Assembly (NCBI GenBank): GCA_963790475.1 | Contig: CAWBOS010000012.1 | Coordinates: 1,533,876 to 1,597,875, forward strand | DNA: 64,000 bases | Origin: an uncultured delta proteobacterium | GTDB lineage: Bacteria > Desulfobacterota > RBG-13-43-22 | Direction of reading: 5' to 3' | Shown here: one piece after another, positions 48,891 through 59,041 of the stretch | Position numbering within the stretch: the stretch's first letter is position 1 | How the letters are laid out: every line of letters begins with the position of its first letter | The notes under the pieces: generated by a model | Told to the model about the DNA's origin: nothing | The model's database searches: none | Seen by the model: the letters and a program-made list of their open reading frames with translations, nothing else | Program-made: the position numbers and the translations under genes

Positions 48891-49565
48891 TTATCTTATC
48901 AGATTCCCCAACCGACTCCAGCGGATTCCAAACTCGGTCCGATCCCAGGACCAGTAGATAATAAAGGCCTGGCCGAGAATCAGTTTTTGATCCACGAAGC
49001 CCCAGAAGCGGCTGTCATAGCTTTCATCGCGATTGTCGCCCATGACAAAGATCATGCCGGGCGGGACGACCAGGGGGCCGGTGTTGTCCCGGGGTTGTTC
49101 CATTTCAGGAATGATCCTCTGGTCCGAATGGGTGCCATGAGGGTCATCCATAGGTTGATTGTTGATATAAACTTGTTTGTCTTTGATCTGGACGGTATCC
49201 CCCGGAAGGCCGATCACCCTTTTGATAAAATCTTTGTTGGTCTCCTTGGGAAAAATAAAAACCACGACATCATTTCTTTTCGGCGAGCTGATGGGGATCA
49301 GGGTATAATTAAGGGCAGTGAAAGGAATCCTGAGTTTAACTCCGTAAATGAACTTGTTGACTAAAATATGGTCTCCGACCAGCAGAGTGGGTTTCATGGA
49401 CCCGGAAGGGATCTTAAAGGCCTGGATGACAAAGGCCCTGATCAACAGGGCCAGGAGGACGGCAATGATGATCGATTCCGCATATTCCCGGACAATTGAT
49501 TTTTTACGCTCCGGTTTCACTTTAGGTTTTTTTTCTTTTTTCAAAAATTCCTCCTCGGGCTTCAC
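48891..49565 (-). CDS. lepB: Signal peptidase I
   Basis: IPSGSMKPTL, FIKRVIGLPGD, MGDNRDESYDSRFWG. Confidence 0.97.
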   Translation of the reverse strand: MKPEEEFLKKEKKPKVKPERKKSIVREYAESIIIAVLLALLIRAFVIQAFKIPSGSMKPTLLVGDHILVNKFIYGVKLRIPFTALNYTLIPISSPKRNDVVVFIFPKETNKDFIKRVIGLPGDTVQIKDKQVYINNQPMDDPHGTHSDQRIIPEMEQPRDNTGPLVVPPGMIFVMGDNRDESYDSRFWGFVDQKLILGQAFIIYWSWDRTEFGIRWSRLGNLIR

Positions 49566-49826
49566 CCATTTTTTGATTCACTTTAATAAAATAAATAGTT
49601 ACTAAATATTGTCAGTCCAGACTTGGACGGGAATACTCGATCCAAAGTTAAAAATTATTCATTTTCAGAGGAGATGCCCGACCTGTTCAAAGGCAAACTC
49701 TATCATGAGTTAGACCTGCTTCCGGGGGGCAAGAAACTCTTGTCGCCTCTTTCATAACGGGATTATCGGCAGGAATCAAGAAAAAAGTCTTTCTTTTTTT
49801 CATATTTCAAAATAATATCATTAGTT

Positions 49827-50381
49827 ATGAACCAATTCAATGAGCCCGAAATTCACCTGTCCCATCAAATTCAGCCTCCTTTTCGCTTTTGTCCCCTTTG
49901 CGGCGGGAAGCTGAAAAAAAAACAGATCAAGGCCCAGGAACCGGACCGTTTGGTTTGCAGTCGCTGTTCGTTCGTCTATTACCTCGATCCCAAGGTAGCG
50001 GCCGGAACGGTGACCCTTCTGGAAGGGCGGATCGTCTTGGTAAAAAGAGGAATTTCACCAGGTTATGGAAAATGGGTTATTCCCGGAGGATTTGTTGACC
50101 GGGGTGAAACCTTGGAGGAGGCGGCTGTCCGGGAAACCAGGGAAGAAACGAGCCTCCAGGTCCGGATCAGTTCCCTTTTAAATGTCTATTCCTACCCGGG
50201 GCGCACGGTAATCATCGCTGCCTTTTTGGCCGAATGGGAGGCCGGGACACCGTCGGCCTGTGATGAAACCCTTGAAGTGGGGCTGTTTCCGTATAAAGAG
50301 ATCCCCTGGCCGGAACTGGCTTTTCCAAGCACCCGGGATGCTCTGATTGATTACGGGAGAGGGCATCCTACTGTTGGATAA
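49827..50381 (+). CDS. NUDIX hydrolase with an N-terminal zinc ribbon
   Basis: FCPLCG..CSRC, Nudix box GGFVDRGETLEEAAVRETREET. Confidence 0.93.
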   Translation: MNQFNEPEIHLSHQIQPPFRFCPLCGGKLKKKQIKAQEPDRLVCSRCSFVYYLDPKVAAGTVTLLEGRIVLVKRGISPGYGKWVIPGGFVDRGETLEEAAVRETREETSLQVRISSLLNVYSYPGRTVIIAAFLAEWEAGTPSACDETLEVGLFPYKEIPWPELAFPSTRDALIDYGRGHPTVG

Positions 50382-50471
50382 AATTTGTTATTAATCGCTT
50401 TAAAAAGTTTAACCAATGGTGTTTTTGTTTCTTTGGGGTAAACTCACTATAGGTTTAATTCTCCGGCTACC

Positions 50472-50523
50472 AAATCCCCCCCCCCTTGCCCCCCTTTGTT
50501 AAAGGAGGGAGAGGGGGGATTTT
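50472..50523. repeat. C/G-tract palindromic repeat
   Basis: AAATCCCCCC..CCCCCTTT-GTT-AAAGGAGGG..GGGGGGATTT. Confidence 0.55.
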
Positions 50524-50574
50524 TTCTTGTCAATTTTGTCAAGAAAGGTTAGAAACAGCGACATTGATTTCAAA

Positions 50575-50708
50575 TTTGACAAGTTCGTAAGATGTCGGAA
50601 AATACCTTTTCAAGGTCATTCCGGCGAAAGCCGGAATCCAGTATTTTAAATAGCTTATACTTATCCTGGACCCCGGCTTTCGCCGGGGTGACGACTTTTT
50701 TGGTCAAA
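50575..50708. repeat. REP-like doublet within degenerate MITE ends
   Basis: GTCATTCCGGCGAAAGCCGGAATCCAG ... CTGGACCCCGGCTTTCGCCGGGGTGAC; same family as the core of the 205-bp element. Confidence 0.75.
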
Positions 50709-50750
50709 ATTATTTTTGTACTAAATTTGTACTAAAGGAGTATACGCAAT

Positions 50751-52046
50751 ATGAAATTCATTAAACCCGAAAGATTGACGGATTTATCCCCGGAAAGGAA
50801 AGAGAATTTGCTGAAGAGGTCTATGGAAGACATCTCGGATATTTATGAAGAAACCCGGGGCATCGTCCATGATGTTAAAAAAGGGGGAGATCAAGTTATT
50901 TTAAAGCATTACCAAAAATATAAGTCGGATATTCGGTTGAAAGATCTCAGGGTTCAACCGGAAGAAATCAAGGCGGCCTATAAACTGGTGGAAAAACCAG
51001 TCCAGCAGGCCCTGAAGCAGGCAGCCAAAAATATCGAGAAATTCCATCGCGCCCAACTGGAAAGGGAGATGTGGTCTATTGAAGTTCAGCCAGGGATCCT
51101 GGCCGGAAGGGTCCGGAGGGCCATGGAAACCATCGGGGCCTATGTGCCCGGAGGAAAGGCCAATTACCCTTCCAGCGTTCTCATGAACATCATACCGGCC
51201 CGGGTAGCCGGGGTAACGACTGTCGTGGCCTGCACTCCTCCACAGAAGGGCATGAAGGCCGACCCGGTGACCATCGTGGCCGCCGACATTGCCGGCGCAG
51301 ATTTTCTTTTCAAAGTGGGCGGACCTTGGGCCATAGCCGGAATGGCTTATGGTACGACCTCCATCCCCAAAGTGGATAAAATTGTCGGGCCGGGTAATAA
51401 ATATGTGACCGCCGCCAAGATGGCTGTTTTTGGAACGGTGAATATTGATTCTCCGGCTGGACCGAGTGAGGCCCTCATCATCGCTGATGAAACAGCGCGG
51501 CCGGAGTGGATGGTCTGGGATTTTCTTTCTCAGATTGAGCACGATCCGGATGCCGGAGCCGTTCTCGTTACCCCTTCCTCAACCCTGGCGGAAAAGGTCT
51601 GCGAAATCATCAATCAGCAGTTACCCGGATTGGAACGAAAGGATATCATCCGGGAGGCCTTAACCCGCCATTCAGCGGTTTTAGTGACGGCCACTCTTAA
51701 AGAATCCATTGACTTTGCCAACGCCTACGCCGCCGAACATTTGCAGATCGTAACCGAAGACCCCTGGATCATACTGCCGATGATCAACCATGCCGGTTCA
51801 ATCTTTATGGGACACTATGCCCCTGTTCCGGCAGGCGATTATGCCTCCGGGACCAACCATGTTTTACCGACCGGGGGTTGTGCCCGGATGTTTTCCGGTC
51901 TTTCGGTGGATGATTTTATTAAGAAACCTACTTTTCAATACCTGAGCAAAAAGGGATTGCAGGGGCTAAGGAAGACGATTACCCTGTTGGCCGAAAAGGA
52001 AGGTTTGCCGCTCCACGCCAGGACTATTGAAGAACGGTTCAAATAA
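50751..52046 (+). CDS. hisD: Histidinol dehydrogenase
   Basis: YVPGGKA.YPSS, IVGPGNKYV, DSPAGPSE, QIEHDP, AEHL, DYASGTNHVLPT. Confidence 0.97.
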   Translation: MKFIKPERLTDLSPERKENLLKRSMEDISDIYEETRGIVHDVKKGGDQVILKHYQKYKSDIRLKDLRVQPEEIKAAYKLVEKPVQQALKQAAKNIEKFHRAQLEREMWSIEVQPGILAGRVRRAMETIGAYVPGGKANYPSSVLMNIIPARVAGVTTVVACTPPQKGMKADPVTIVAADIAGADFLFKVGGPWAIAGMAYGTTSIPKVDKIVGPGNKYVTAAKMAVFGTVNIDSPAGPSEALIIADETARPEWMVWDFLSQIEHDPDAGAVLVTPSSTLAEKVCEIINQQLPGLERKDIIREALTRHSAVLVTATLKESIDFANAYAAEHLQIVTEDPWIILPMINHAGSIFMGHYAPVPAGDYASGTNHVLPTGGCARMFSGLSVDDFIKKPTFQYLSKKGLQGLRKTITLLAEKEGLPLHARTIEERFK

Positions 52047-52051
52047 AATAA

Positions 52052-52145
52052 AGGTTCAAGGTTCAAGGTATAAGGTATTAGGTTCCTTCAAATTCTAAGA
52101 ATAAATCCAATCACTTTATACCGTAAACCTTGTACCGTAAACCTT
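52052..52145. repeat. Intergenic heptamer inverted array (AGGTTCA/AAACCTT type)
   Basis: AGGTTCAAGGTTCAAGGTATAAGGT ... ACCGTAAACCTTGTACCGTAAACCT; intact counterpart of the array split at 42940/45140. Confidence 0.75.
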
Positions 52146-52736
52146 TTATTGGCTAGCCGCTTCATACCCCAAATCAAAGGCCTTCAGGTTGATGTCCCAC
52201 AGCTTTTTCTTGAGGTTTTTCTTGAGGGCTTCTTTCATTTGATCGCCCGTAATGGGAATAGTGTTGCTTTGGGCCAAGGCCCCCAGCATAACGATGTTGA
52301 CGGCCATTGGGGACCCGGCCTGTTCAGCCAGGGCATCGGCATTCAGGGCGATCAGCCGTTTGACCTTTTTCCGGATCAGGTTGAGGGCCTCTTTCAGGTC
52401 GGGATAGACCCCTTTACCGACGGCCACTGTGAAGGGCATTAGAGGGGTCACGTTGGTAATCACCACCGTTTCCGAGGAACACTTCTCCAGGGCCCGCAGG
52501 GTTTCCGAAGGTTCAAAACCGATCAGGACATCGGCTTCTCCATTGGAGACAATGGAACTCAAGGCCCCGCCAAGGACTACAGCGGACTCGACCACCCCTC
52601 CTCTTTGAGCCATACCGTGGACTTCACTGACATTGACCGGAAGCCCGGCCGATAAGGCGGCTTCTCCCAAAACTCTGGAGGAGAGCAGATTTCCCTGACC
52701 CCCCACACCTACAAAGACGATCCGTTTTATATCCAT
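52146..52736 (-). CDS. iorB: Indolepyruvate:ferredoxin oxidoreductase beta subunit
   Basis: GVGGQG, SEVHGMAQRGG, NIVMLGAL, NLKAFDLG. Confidence 0.95.
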   Translation of the reverse strand: MDIKRIVFVGVGGQGNLLSSRVLGEAALSAGLPVNVSEVHGMAQRGGVVESAVVLGGALSSIVSNGEADVLIGFEPSETLRALEKCSSETVVITNVTPLMPFTVAVGKGVYPDLKEALNLIRKKVKRLIALNADALAEQAGSPMAVNIVMLGALAQSNTIPITGDQMKEALKKNLKKKLWDINLKAFDLGYEAASQ

Positions 52737-52748
52737 AAAGTACTCCTC

Positions 52749-54596
52749 TTATTTTTTGGGAATGATCGCCTGTTCCGGGCAGACCTGGGCACAGACCGCA
52801 CAGCCTATGCATAAATTATCGTTGATTTTAACCTGGTTTTCTTCCACATAAAAAGCCGGACAAGCAAACAAATTGACACAATCCCGATGGTTTTTACACC
52901 GTTTTTGGTTGATCATAAAGGCGCGGGTCTTGGCCGGGGGGGCCACCCTTTTGGCATAGAGCGGACAGATCTCCTTGGAAATGATGACCGAAACCCCGTC
53001 GAAGGCCAGAGATTTTTCGACGGCTTCCATGGTTTCTTTGACTTTCCTCGGAGAAACCACGGTAAGCTGTTTTACTCCGATTCCGCGAACCACTTCCTCA
53101 ATGGAGATCCGGGTATTGGGTTGTCCCAACAGGGACATATCAACCCCCGGATGGGGTTGATGTCCGGTCATGGCCGTGGTTTCATTGTCCAGGATGACCA
53201 GGGTCAATTTATGATTGTTATGGACGGCATTGACCAGACCGGTGATTCCGGAATGGAAAAAGGTGGAGTCCCCTATAAAAGCGATAATGGGTTTTCCGGT
53301 GGCCCGTGAAAACCCGGAGGCTGTGCTGACGCTGGAGCCCATACAGATCAGAAAATCAGCCATACTCAAGGGTGGAAGCATACCCAGGGTATAACAACCG
53401 ATATCGGTGGGATAAATGGCTTCATCGCCGGCTACTTTCCTGACGGCATAAAAGGTGGAGCGATGGGGACATCCCGGGCAAAGGTTGGGGGGACGACCCG
53501 GAAGAGGGGGAACATCACCAAGGTCCACTACGGTGCGGCCTTGGTAGGATATTCCGAAATGTTGGGCAATCGATGTCCGAACCCTGGCCGGATCATATTC
53601 AAAGAGGCGGTCAAATTTCCCGACCCCCTTCCCCCGGATAGGGATATTCCGGCCGATGCTTTGGGCCACGGCTCGGAGTTCTTCCTCAATGACCGGTTCC
53701 AATTCTTCCACCACCAATACTCGATCTACCTGATTGAGGAATTTTTTGACGGTCTCATCCGGAAAAGGATATGAAAAACCGATCTTCAAGACGGAGAAAG
53801 CATCTTTAGCCTTCAGGTCTTCCAAGGCATCCTGGACATAACAGAAGCTGACCCCGTTAGCCACAATCCCCCATTTCCCTTTCCCGATAATTTCATTAAA
53901 GGAGGATTGGTTGGCCAACTCGAGGGCCTGATCCTGTTTTTTAAGAAGTTTGATATGTAAATTCCTGGATACGGCCGGGATGGTCACATAGCTGAAAGGG
54001 TCTTTTTTGAACGACCCTTGAGTTATTCTGGGCCTAATCTTTCCCAGGCTGACTACTCCGCGGGAATGATTGATGCGGGTAGTTGTTCTGAGCAACACGG
54101 GCAAATGCAATCTTTCGGAAAGGTCAAAGGCCTCAAGGGTCATGTCTTTGGCTTCCTGAGGCGTAGCCGGCTCCAGCATGGGCAACCCGGAGAGCTTGGC
54201 ATAGTAGCGATTGTCCTGTTCGTTCTGGCTGGAAAACAACGAGGGGTCATCAGCGTTCAGGATGACCATGCCTCCGTTTACACCGGTATAAGCCAGGGTC
54301 ATCAATGGGTCGGCCGCCACATTCAAACCCACATGTTTCATGGTAACCATGGTCCTCAACCCGGAGACCGCCGCCCCGGCCGCCACTTCCAGGGCCACCT
54401 TCTCATTGGTAGAGTATTCAAAATAAAGATCGGTTTCCTGCTTGATCTGATAAAAATTTAAGGCCACTTCAGAAGAGGGGGTTCCCGGATAAGCCGTGGC
54501 AAAGGCCAGTCCTGCTTCAATAGCGCCTCGGGCAATGGCCTCATTACCCAATAACAACCTCTTATCTCCAGGTTTTCCTGTTAGTAATTCATGCAT
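52749..54596 (-). CDS. iorA: Indolepyruvate:ferredoxin oxidoreductase alpha subunit
   Basis: GNEAIARG, YPGTPSSE, CPGCPHR, DIGCY, GDSTFFHSG, C-terminal ferredoxin CIGCAVCAQVCP. Confidence 0.96.
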   Translation of the reverse strand: MHELLTGKPGDKRLLLGNEAIARGAIEAGLAFATAYPGTPSSEVALNFYQIKQETDLYFEYSTNEKVALEVAAGAAVSGLRTMVTMKHVGLNVAADPLMTLAYTGVNGGMVILNADDPSLFSSQNEQDNRYYAKLSGLPMLEPATPQEAKDMTLEAFDLSERLHLPVLLRTTTRINHSRGVVSLGKIRPRITQGSFKKDPFSYVTIPAVSRNLHIKLLKKQDQALELANQSSFNEIIGKGKWGIVANGVSFCYVQDALEDLKAKDAFSVLKIGFSYPFPDETVKKFLNQVDRVLVVEELEPVIEEELRAVAQSIGRNIPIRGKGVGKFDRLFEYDPARVRTSIAQHFGISYQGRTVVDLGDVPPLPGRPPNLCPGCPHRSTFYAVRKVAGDEAIYPTDIGCYTLGMLPPLSMADFLICMGSSVSTASGFSRATGKPIIAFIGDSTFFHSGITGLVNAVHNNHKLTLVILDNETTAMTGHQPHPGVDMSLLGQPNTRISIEEVVRGIGVKQLTVVSPRKVKETMEAVEKSLAFDGVSVIISKEICPLYAKRVAPPAKTRAFMINQKRCKNHRDCVNLFACPAFYVEENQVKINDNLCIGCAVCAQVCPEQAIIPKK

Positions 54597-54693
54597 GATT
54601 TGACTCCTTTTCAATCGACCCATTCATTGGCATTTTACATTTACTTCAACATGAAAGGAAATCATTTCTTGAGAATTTCCAGATCCCAATTCC

Positions 54694-55353
54694 TCAAAGT
54701 CCGGCCAAACGATCTTTGACCATGTTGCCATAGACCGACTGGGGGAATGATTTCAGAAAGTTCCGGTAAGTTGCTTTGGCCTCGGTTTTTTTGCCCATTT
54801 TTTGATAAACCCGGGCCAGATTCAGCAGAGAATCCTCTTTCAAAAAATTCCCCTGGCCCTGGGTGATTTCTAATAAGGTTTTTGCGGCCTGCTGTAAATC
54901 GCCTTTCTGTTCGTAGGCGTAGGCCAGATTACCCAGGATCAGGGTTTTGAAGGTCGGAGGAAATTTCCCGTTGTTAAGGGCCAATTGATAATAGTAGACC
55001 GCCCTGGGAAAATCTTTCTTCTGGTAATAAAGATGCCCGATAGTCACCCAGGCGGAATGAGCGGCCTTGGTATTCGAGAACTCTTTGATCATTTCCTCCA
55101 ACTTTTTCAATTTTTGATCCGGGTCGGTGATCTCCAGGCTGGAAAAATACTTTTCATGGCCCAGCCTTTCCTGACGATTCCGGTAAGTGGTATAACCAAA
55201 ATACAGGACTAAAAGAAGGACCAATCCCGAAACGATCCAGATGGCTTTGGCAGAGTTTTCTTTTACCCAGTCCAAGGTCCGGGTAGATAGGGTTATAAAT
55301 TCATCCGGTTTCTTTAAGAGTTCTTTTTTACTTATTTTTTTCTTTCCGGCCAT
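54694..55353 (-). CDS. Membrane-anchored TPR protein (YfgM-like)
   Basis: LLKKPDEF motif, one TM helix, TPR repeats. Confidence 0.85.
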   Translation of the reverse strand: MAGKKKISKKELLKKPDEFITLSTRTLDWVKENSAKAIWIVSGLVLLLVLYFGYTTYRNRQERLGHEKYFSSLEITDPDQKLKKLEEMIKEFSNTKAAHSAWVTIGHLYYQKKDFPRAVYYYQLALNNGKFPPTFKTLILGNLAYAYEQKGDLQQAAKTLLEITQGQGNFLKEDSLLNLARVYQKMGKKTEAKATYRNFLKSFPQSVYGNMVKDRLAGL

Positions 55354-55370
55354 AACATCCTTTCCTTTTT

Positions 55371-55461
55371 AGCTCATTCCTCAAAGCTGATAGCTCATAG
55401 GTGATAGTTCAAGGGTCTAAGATCCTATTTTCCCTAACAGCTATCAGCCATCAGCTATCTG
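55371..55461. repeat. Intergenic heptamer inverted array (GCTSATA type)
   Basis: GCTGATAGCTCATAGGTGATAG ... CAGCTATCAGCCATCAGCTATCTGC. Confidence 0.7.
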
Positions 55462-56435
55462 CTTATATTTCTATCCATCGCCATCTTGGCGGCCCCCAGG
55501 ACGCCACTTTTTTCCCCTAAAGACGAAATTCGTATGGAGACCAATTCCGCGGCAACCATTGTCAATCGTTTTTTAAATTCTTTTTCCAAATATGGCAAGA
55601 AAATAGTAGAGGACTTACTGACGCCCCCACCCAAAATCACCCCTTCCAGGCCCAGGGTTTGAACGATGTTGGCTAAAGCGATCCCCAGATAGCGACCCAT
55701 TTCGGCAAAAAGAGAGATACAAAAGGGGTCTCCTTTTCGGGCCGTTTCATAAAGGTCCTTGGCGGAAAGAGATCTTGATTTAGTGTTGACCATTTCCGAG
55801 AGAAGGGTGGGGACTTTTTTATTCAAACCTTTTTGGGCCTTTTTGACTAAATAAGTGGCTGAGGCCAGGGTCTCTAAACAACCCCGATTACCACAGCCGC
55901 AACGCTCTCCCCGGGGTTCAATAGTGACGTGACCGAACTCCGGGCCGCTGTTTTGACTGCCAAACCAGGGCCGGCCATTTAAGACCAGACCGCTTCCTAC
56001 GCCGGTTCCCAGGGTTAAGCAGATAAAACTTTCCAGGTCTTGTCCGGCCCCGATCCATTTTTCTCCATAAGTGACCACATTCGCGTCCTTATCCATATAG
56101 GTCGGGATTCCAACCCCTTCGGCAATCATCCTGGCCAGGGGGACTTCCTTCCAATCAGGAAAATTCGGGGAATGCATGACGATTCCTTTCTCTCGGTCGA
56201 TAAACCCGGGAGCGCCTATGCCGATTAATTCTGGTTCAGATCCAGTTTGTTTTGATATTTCATACAATTGTTTTATTATTCTCACCATCCGCTTTAACGC
56301 TTTTTTCCTGCCCAGTTCAAGAGAGGTCAAATAATTCTTGGAAAGGAGTATCTCCCCCCGGGCATTTACCAGCCCTGTTTTGATGCGGGTTCCACCAAGA
56401 TCGATGCCGATGATTTTGACTGTTTTGGCGGACAT
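55455..56435 (-). CDS. glk: ROK family sugar kinase (glucokinase)
   Basis: GIDLGGT, TLGTGVG, EFGH, CGCGNRGCLE, GGGVS. Confidence 0.9.
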   Translation of the reverse strand: MSAKTVKIIGIDLGGTRIKTGLVNARGEILLSKNYLTSLELGRKKALKRMVRIIKQLYEISKQTGSEPELIGIGAPGFIDREKGIVMHSPNFPDWKEVPLARMIAEGVGIPTYMDKDANVVTYGEKWIGAGQDLESFICLTLGTGVGSGLVLNGRPWFGSQNSGPEFGHVTIEPRGERCGCGNRGCLETLASATYLVKKAQKGLNKKVPTLLSEMVNTKSRSLSAKDLYETARKGDPFCISLFAEMGRYLGIALANIVQTLGLEGVILGGGVSKSSTIFLPYLEKEFKKRLTMVAAELVSIRISSLGEKSGVLGAAKMAMDRNISR

Positions 56436-56491
56436 TGGTTGTCCTTTCTGTTTTAAGGCCATGGCCCGAATGGGGATAAGCGCTTAAGAAG

Positions 56492-57898
56492 GAGCCTCTT
56501 GCAAAAGTCTATTTTTAGGGAATAGACAAGCATAAAGAGTGAGCCTCAGCGGTGGTTCTGTGTTAAGATGATGTTTAGAAAGAACACAAAAAAACACAGG
56601 AGACACCGATGAAGCTCTGGAAAAAAGTATCATGGTTAAGGGGTAGATTGCAACAAGGTTTATTTTCCGATTTAGAAGAATGTTGGGAACAGCCTTTGAC
56701 TGAAAAAGAGGAACGGCTGGTGACGATATTGGAACTGGTTGAGGTTGAAAGATATGTTCCCCGGAGTTCTTTAAATCAGTGGATGGGGAGGAAGATCCTT
56801 GAGCGCCAAGCGATAGCGCGGGCTTTTGTGGCCAAGACGGTCTATAACCATTCCTTCACCAGATCAACCATTGAACATTTGAAAACGACGTCTAATGTAA
56901 GACGCATCTGCGGGTTCGAAAAGGTATCCGACATTCCCTCTGAGGCCACTTTTTCCAGGGCCTTTGCGGAGTTTGCCGAAGGGGGGCTTGGCGAAAAAGT
57001 TCACGAAGCCCTGGTGGAACGTTGTTTAAAGCCGGAACTGGTTGGTCATATATCCCGAGACGCAACGGCCATAGAAGGTCGGGAAAAGCCGACTAAGAAG
57101 CCTGTAAAAGAAAAGCCTGCGCCGAAGAAGAGAGGACGTCCAGTCAAGGGAGAACTCCGTGATTCCAAGGAAGACAAACGCTTGACCAGGCAACGAGAGC
57201 AATCAGTTGAAGAGGCCTTAAAAGAATTGCCGGTTTACTGCGACGTAGGGACCAAGAAGAACTCCAAAGGGTACAAAGAGACCTGGGTCGGGTATAAACT
57301 CCATGCCGATGTTAATGATTGCGGATTGCCGGTGAGTGTCGTCTTGACCGCAGCATCGCTTCATGACAGCCAGGTCGCTATACCGTTAATGAAGATGACT
57401 AGTTCCAAGGTGGATTATCTTTATGATTTGATGGATGCCGCTTATGACGCTGGATCTATCTATGCAATCAGCAGAGCTCTGGGACATGTGCCCATTATCG
57501 ACAAGAACTTCCGCGGTAAGGATGTGATCCCTATGGCTCCCCACGAGGCCAGAAGATTTAATGGAAGGACAGCATCAGAACGGTTCAATAGCCGGTTAAA
57601 AGAAGAGTTCGGTGCCAAGAATGTCATGGTCCGAGGAGCCTTGAAAGTCAATCTCCATCTCATGTTTGGCGTCCTGGCGCTCTTTGCGGATCAGTTGATA
57701 AAGTTGGCTTCCTGAGTAAATTTTCAAAGAACGGGGTGAAAAGTTCAGGTCAGGAGGAGAACTATGCCTGAAAATTGTTACCAAAGTCTCAAATCTGACT
57801 ATCGTCGTTAAGAAAGACCCAAAATTTCTAAATCGACTGGGATAACCGCCTGCTGATATATTTCATCATGCAGTTTTTATAAGTTTTGCAAAAGGCTC
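56492..57898 (+). mobile_element. Insertion sequence (1407 bp), DDE type (IS5/IS1182-like)
   Basis: TIRs GAGCCTCTTGCAAAA / TTTTGCAAAAGGCTC (14/15 match); 4-bp TSD GAAG at 56488-56491 and 57899-57902. Confidence 0.92.
56609..57715 (+). CDS. DDE transposase
   Basis: ICGF..PSEATFSR, SRDATAI (D), GYKLH, MDAAYD (D), RTASERFNSRLK (E). Confidence 0.93.
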   Translation: MKLWKKVSWLRGRLQQGLFSDLEECWEQPLTEKEERLVTILELVEVERYVPRSSLNQWMGRKILERQAIARAFVAKTVYNHSFTRSTIEHLKTTSNVRRICGFEKVSDIPSEATFSRAFAEFAEGGLGEKVHEALVERCLKPELVGHISRDATAIEGREKPTKKPVKEKPAPKKRGRPVKGELRDSKEDKRLTRQREQSVEEALKELPVYCDVGTKKNSKGYKETWVGYKLHADVNDCGLPVSVVLTAASLHDSQVAIPLMKMTSSKVDYLYDLMDAAYDAGSIYAISRALGHVPIIDKNFRGKDVIPMAPHEARRFNGRTASERFNSRLKEEFGAKNVMVRGALKVNLHLMFGVLALFADQLIKLAS

Positions 57899-58245
57899 GA
57901 AGGTTTTTTTATTTATCTTTTATCATTTTTTCATCCCTAAAGCCAGAATCTAATCATTTTTCTTTAAAAAAAGCCATTTTATTGCGTAACATATCGAAAT
58001 AATGTGTATTTTTAAAAATATCGTTTTATTTAAACATTCATAGGGGTTGACATAAGAATTTTTTTCGGGTAAAAGAGACCATTAAAAAAAAATAGGGACT
58101 GAATTTATGAAGACCGTTTGGGGAATATATTCGGGAATGCTTATCTATGTAAGCCGGATCTTGAGTCTACTCATTCAGTTTTTTGGTGTCCCAGTTTCAT
58201 CTTTAGGGTCAAGAAAGGCGTGCTTTAAAATAATAGGTGATAATT

Positions 58246-58852
58246 ATGCAAATTCATTATATAAAAAAAATGTCGATCGGTTTGGTTTTAATAAGTTTGT
58301 TAAGCGTAAATGGCTTTTATTTTTTGTTGACGGCCCAGGTCCAGTCCGCTCGAAACCGGTATTCGACCCGAATTGACCTGCCTCTGCACTTGCCCGGTAA
58401 GAACCTACGCCTAACCCATTTAACCTTGACCCCCGAAGAAATCCAAGTTTCCGTCTCTACCTACGATCACTGGATACGGGTCGCCTGCCGCAGACACGCT
58501 TTGGATCCGGCCCTGGTCAAGGCCGTAATTCATGCTGAATCCCGATTTGATCCTCTGGCCATTTCTCCCAAGGGGGGCAGTAGGGTTGATGCAAATAGAC
58601 CCTATTACGGCCAGGGCCTTAGGGATTAAAGATCCTTTTAATCCCCAGCATAATATAGACGGCGGGGTGCGATATCTGAAAGAACTATTGGACACCTTTG
58701 AAGGCGACCAGAGACTGGCCCTGGCCGCTTACAATGCCGGTCCCACCCAGGTCTATCGACACAACGGGGTTCCTCCCTTCAAAGATACTAAAAAATATAT
58801 CAAACAGGTTTTTAGATATTTAACCTATTATCAAAAGAACCGGATCAGCTAA
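58246..58852 (+). CDS. Lytic transglycosylase (SLT domain), frameshift in the G-run at 58572-58577
   Basis: LVKAVIHAESRFDP.AISPKG | AVGLMQ, NIDGGVRYL, ALAAYNAG, DTKKYIKQV; removing one G fuses the two ORFs. Confidence 0.88.
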
Positions 58853-59041
58853 AAATATTTTTTCCGCATTTCTCCCTGCCTGAACTAAAGGAACAACTTT
58901 TTCTTCCCCTGGCCCGTAAGTTGTGTTAATGAACAGAACTTATTTAGGGTTTCAAAAAAATACCGAGCATCGGGGATCGGGGGGTCTTTTTCCTGGGGGG
59001 GTGAAGGGTAACACTCTGCTCAGTCCCGGCCCTGGCGGTAA

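Noticed and set aside
49685-49740. GGCAAACTC segment as a c-di-GMP-I riboswitch
   Set aside because: Lacks the GAAA tetraloop and the CGCAAAGC second-stem signature.
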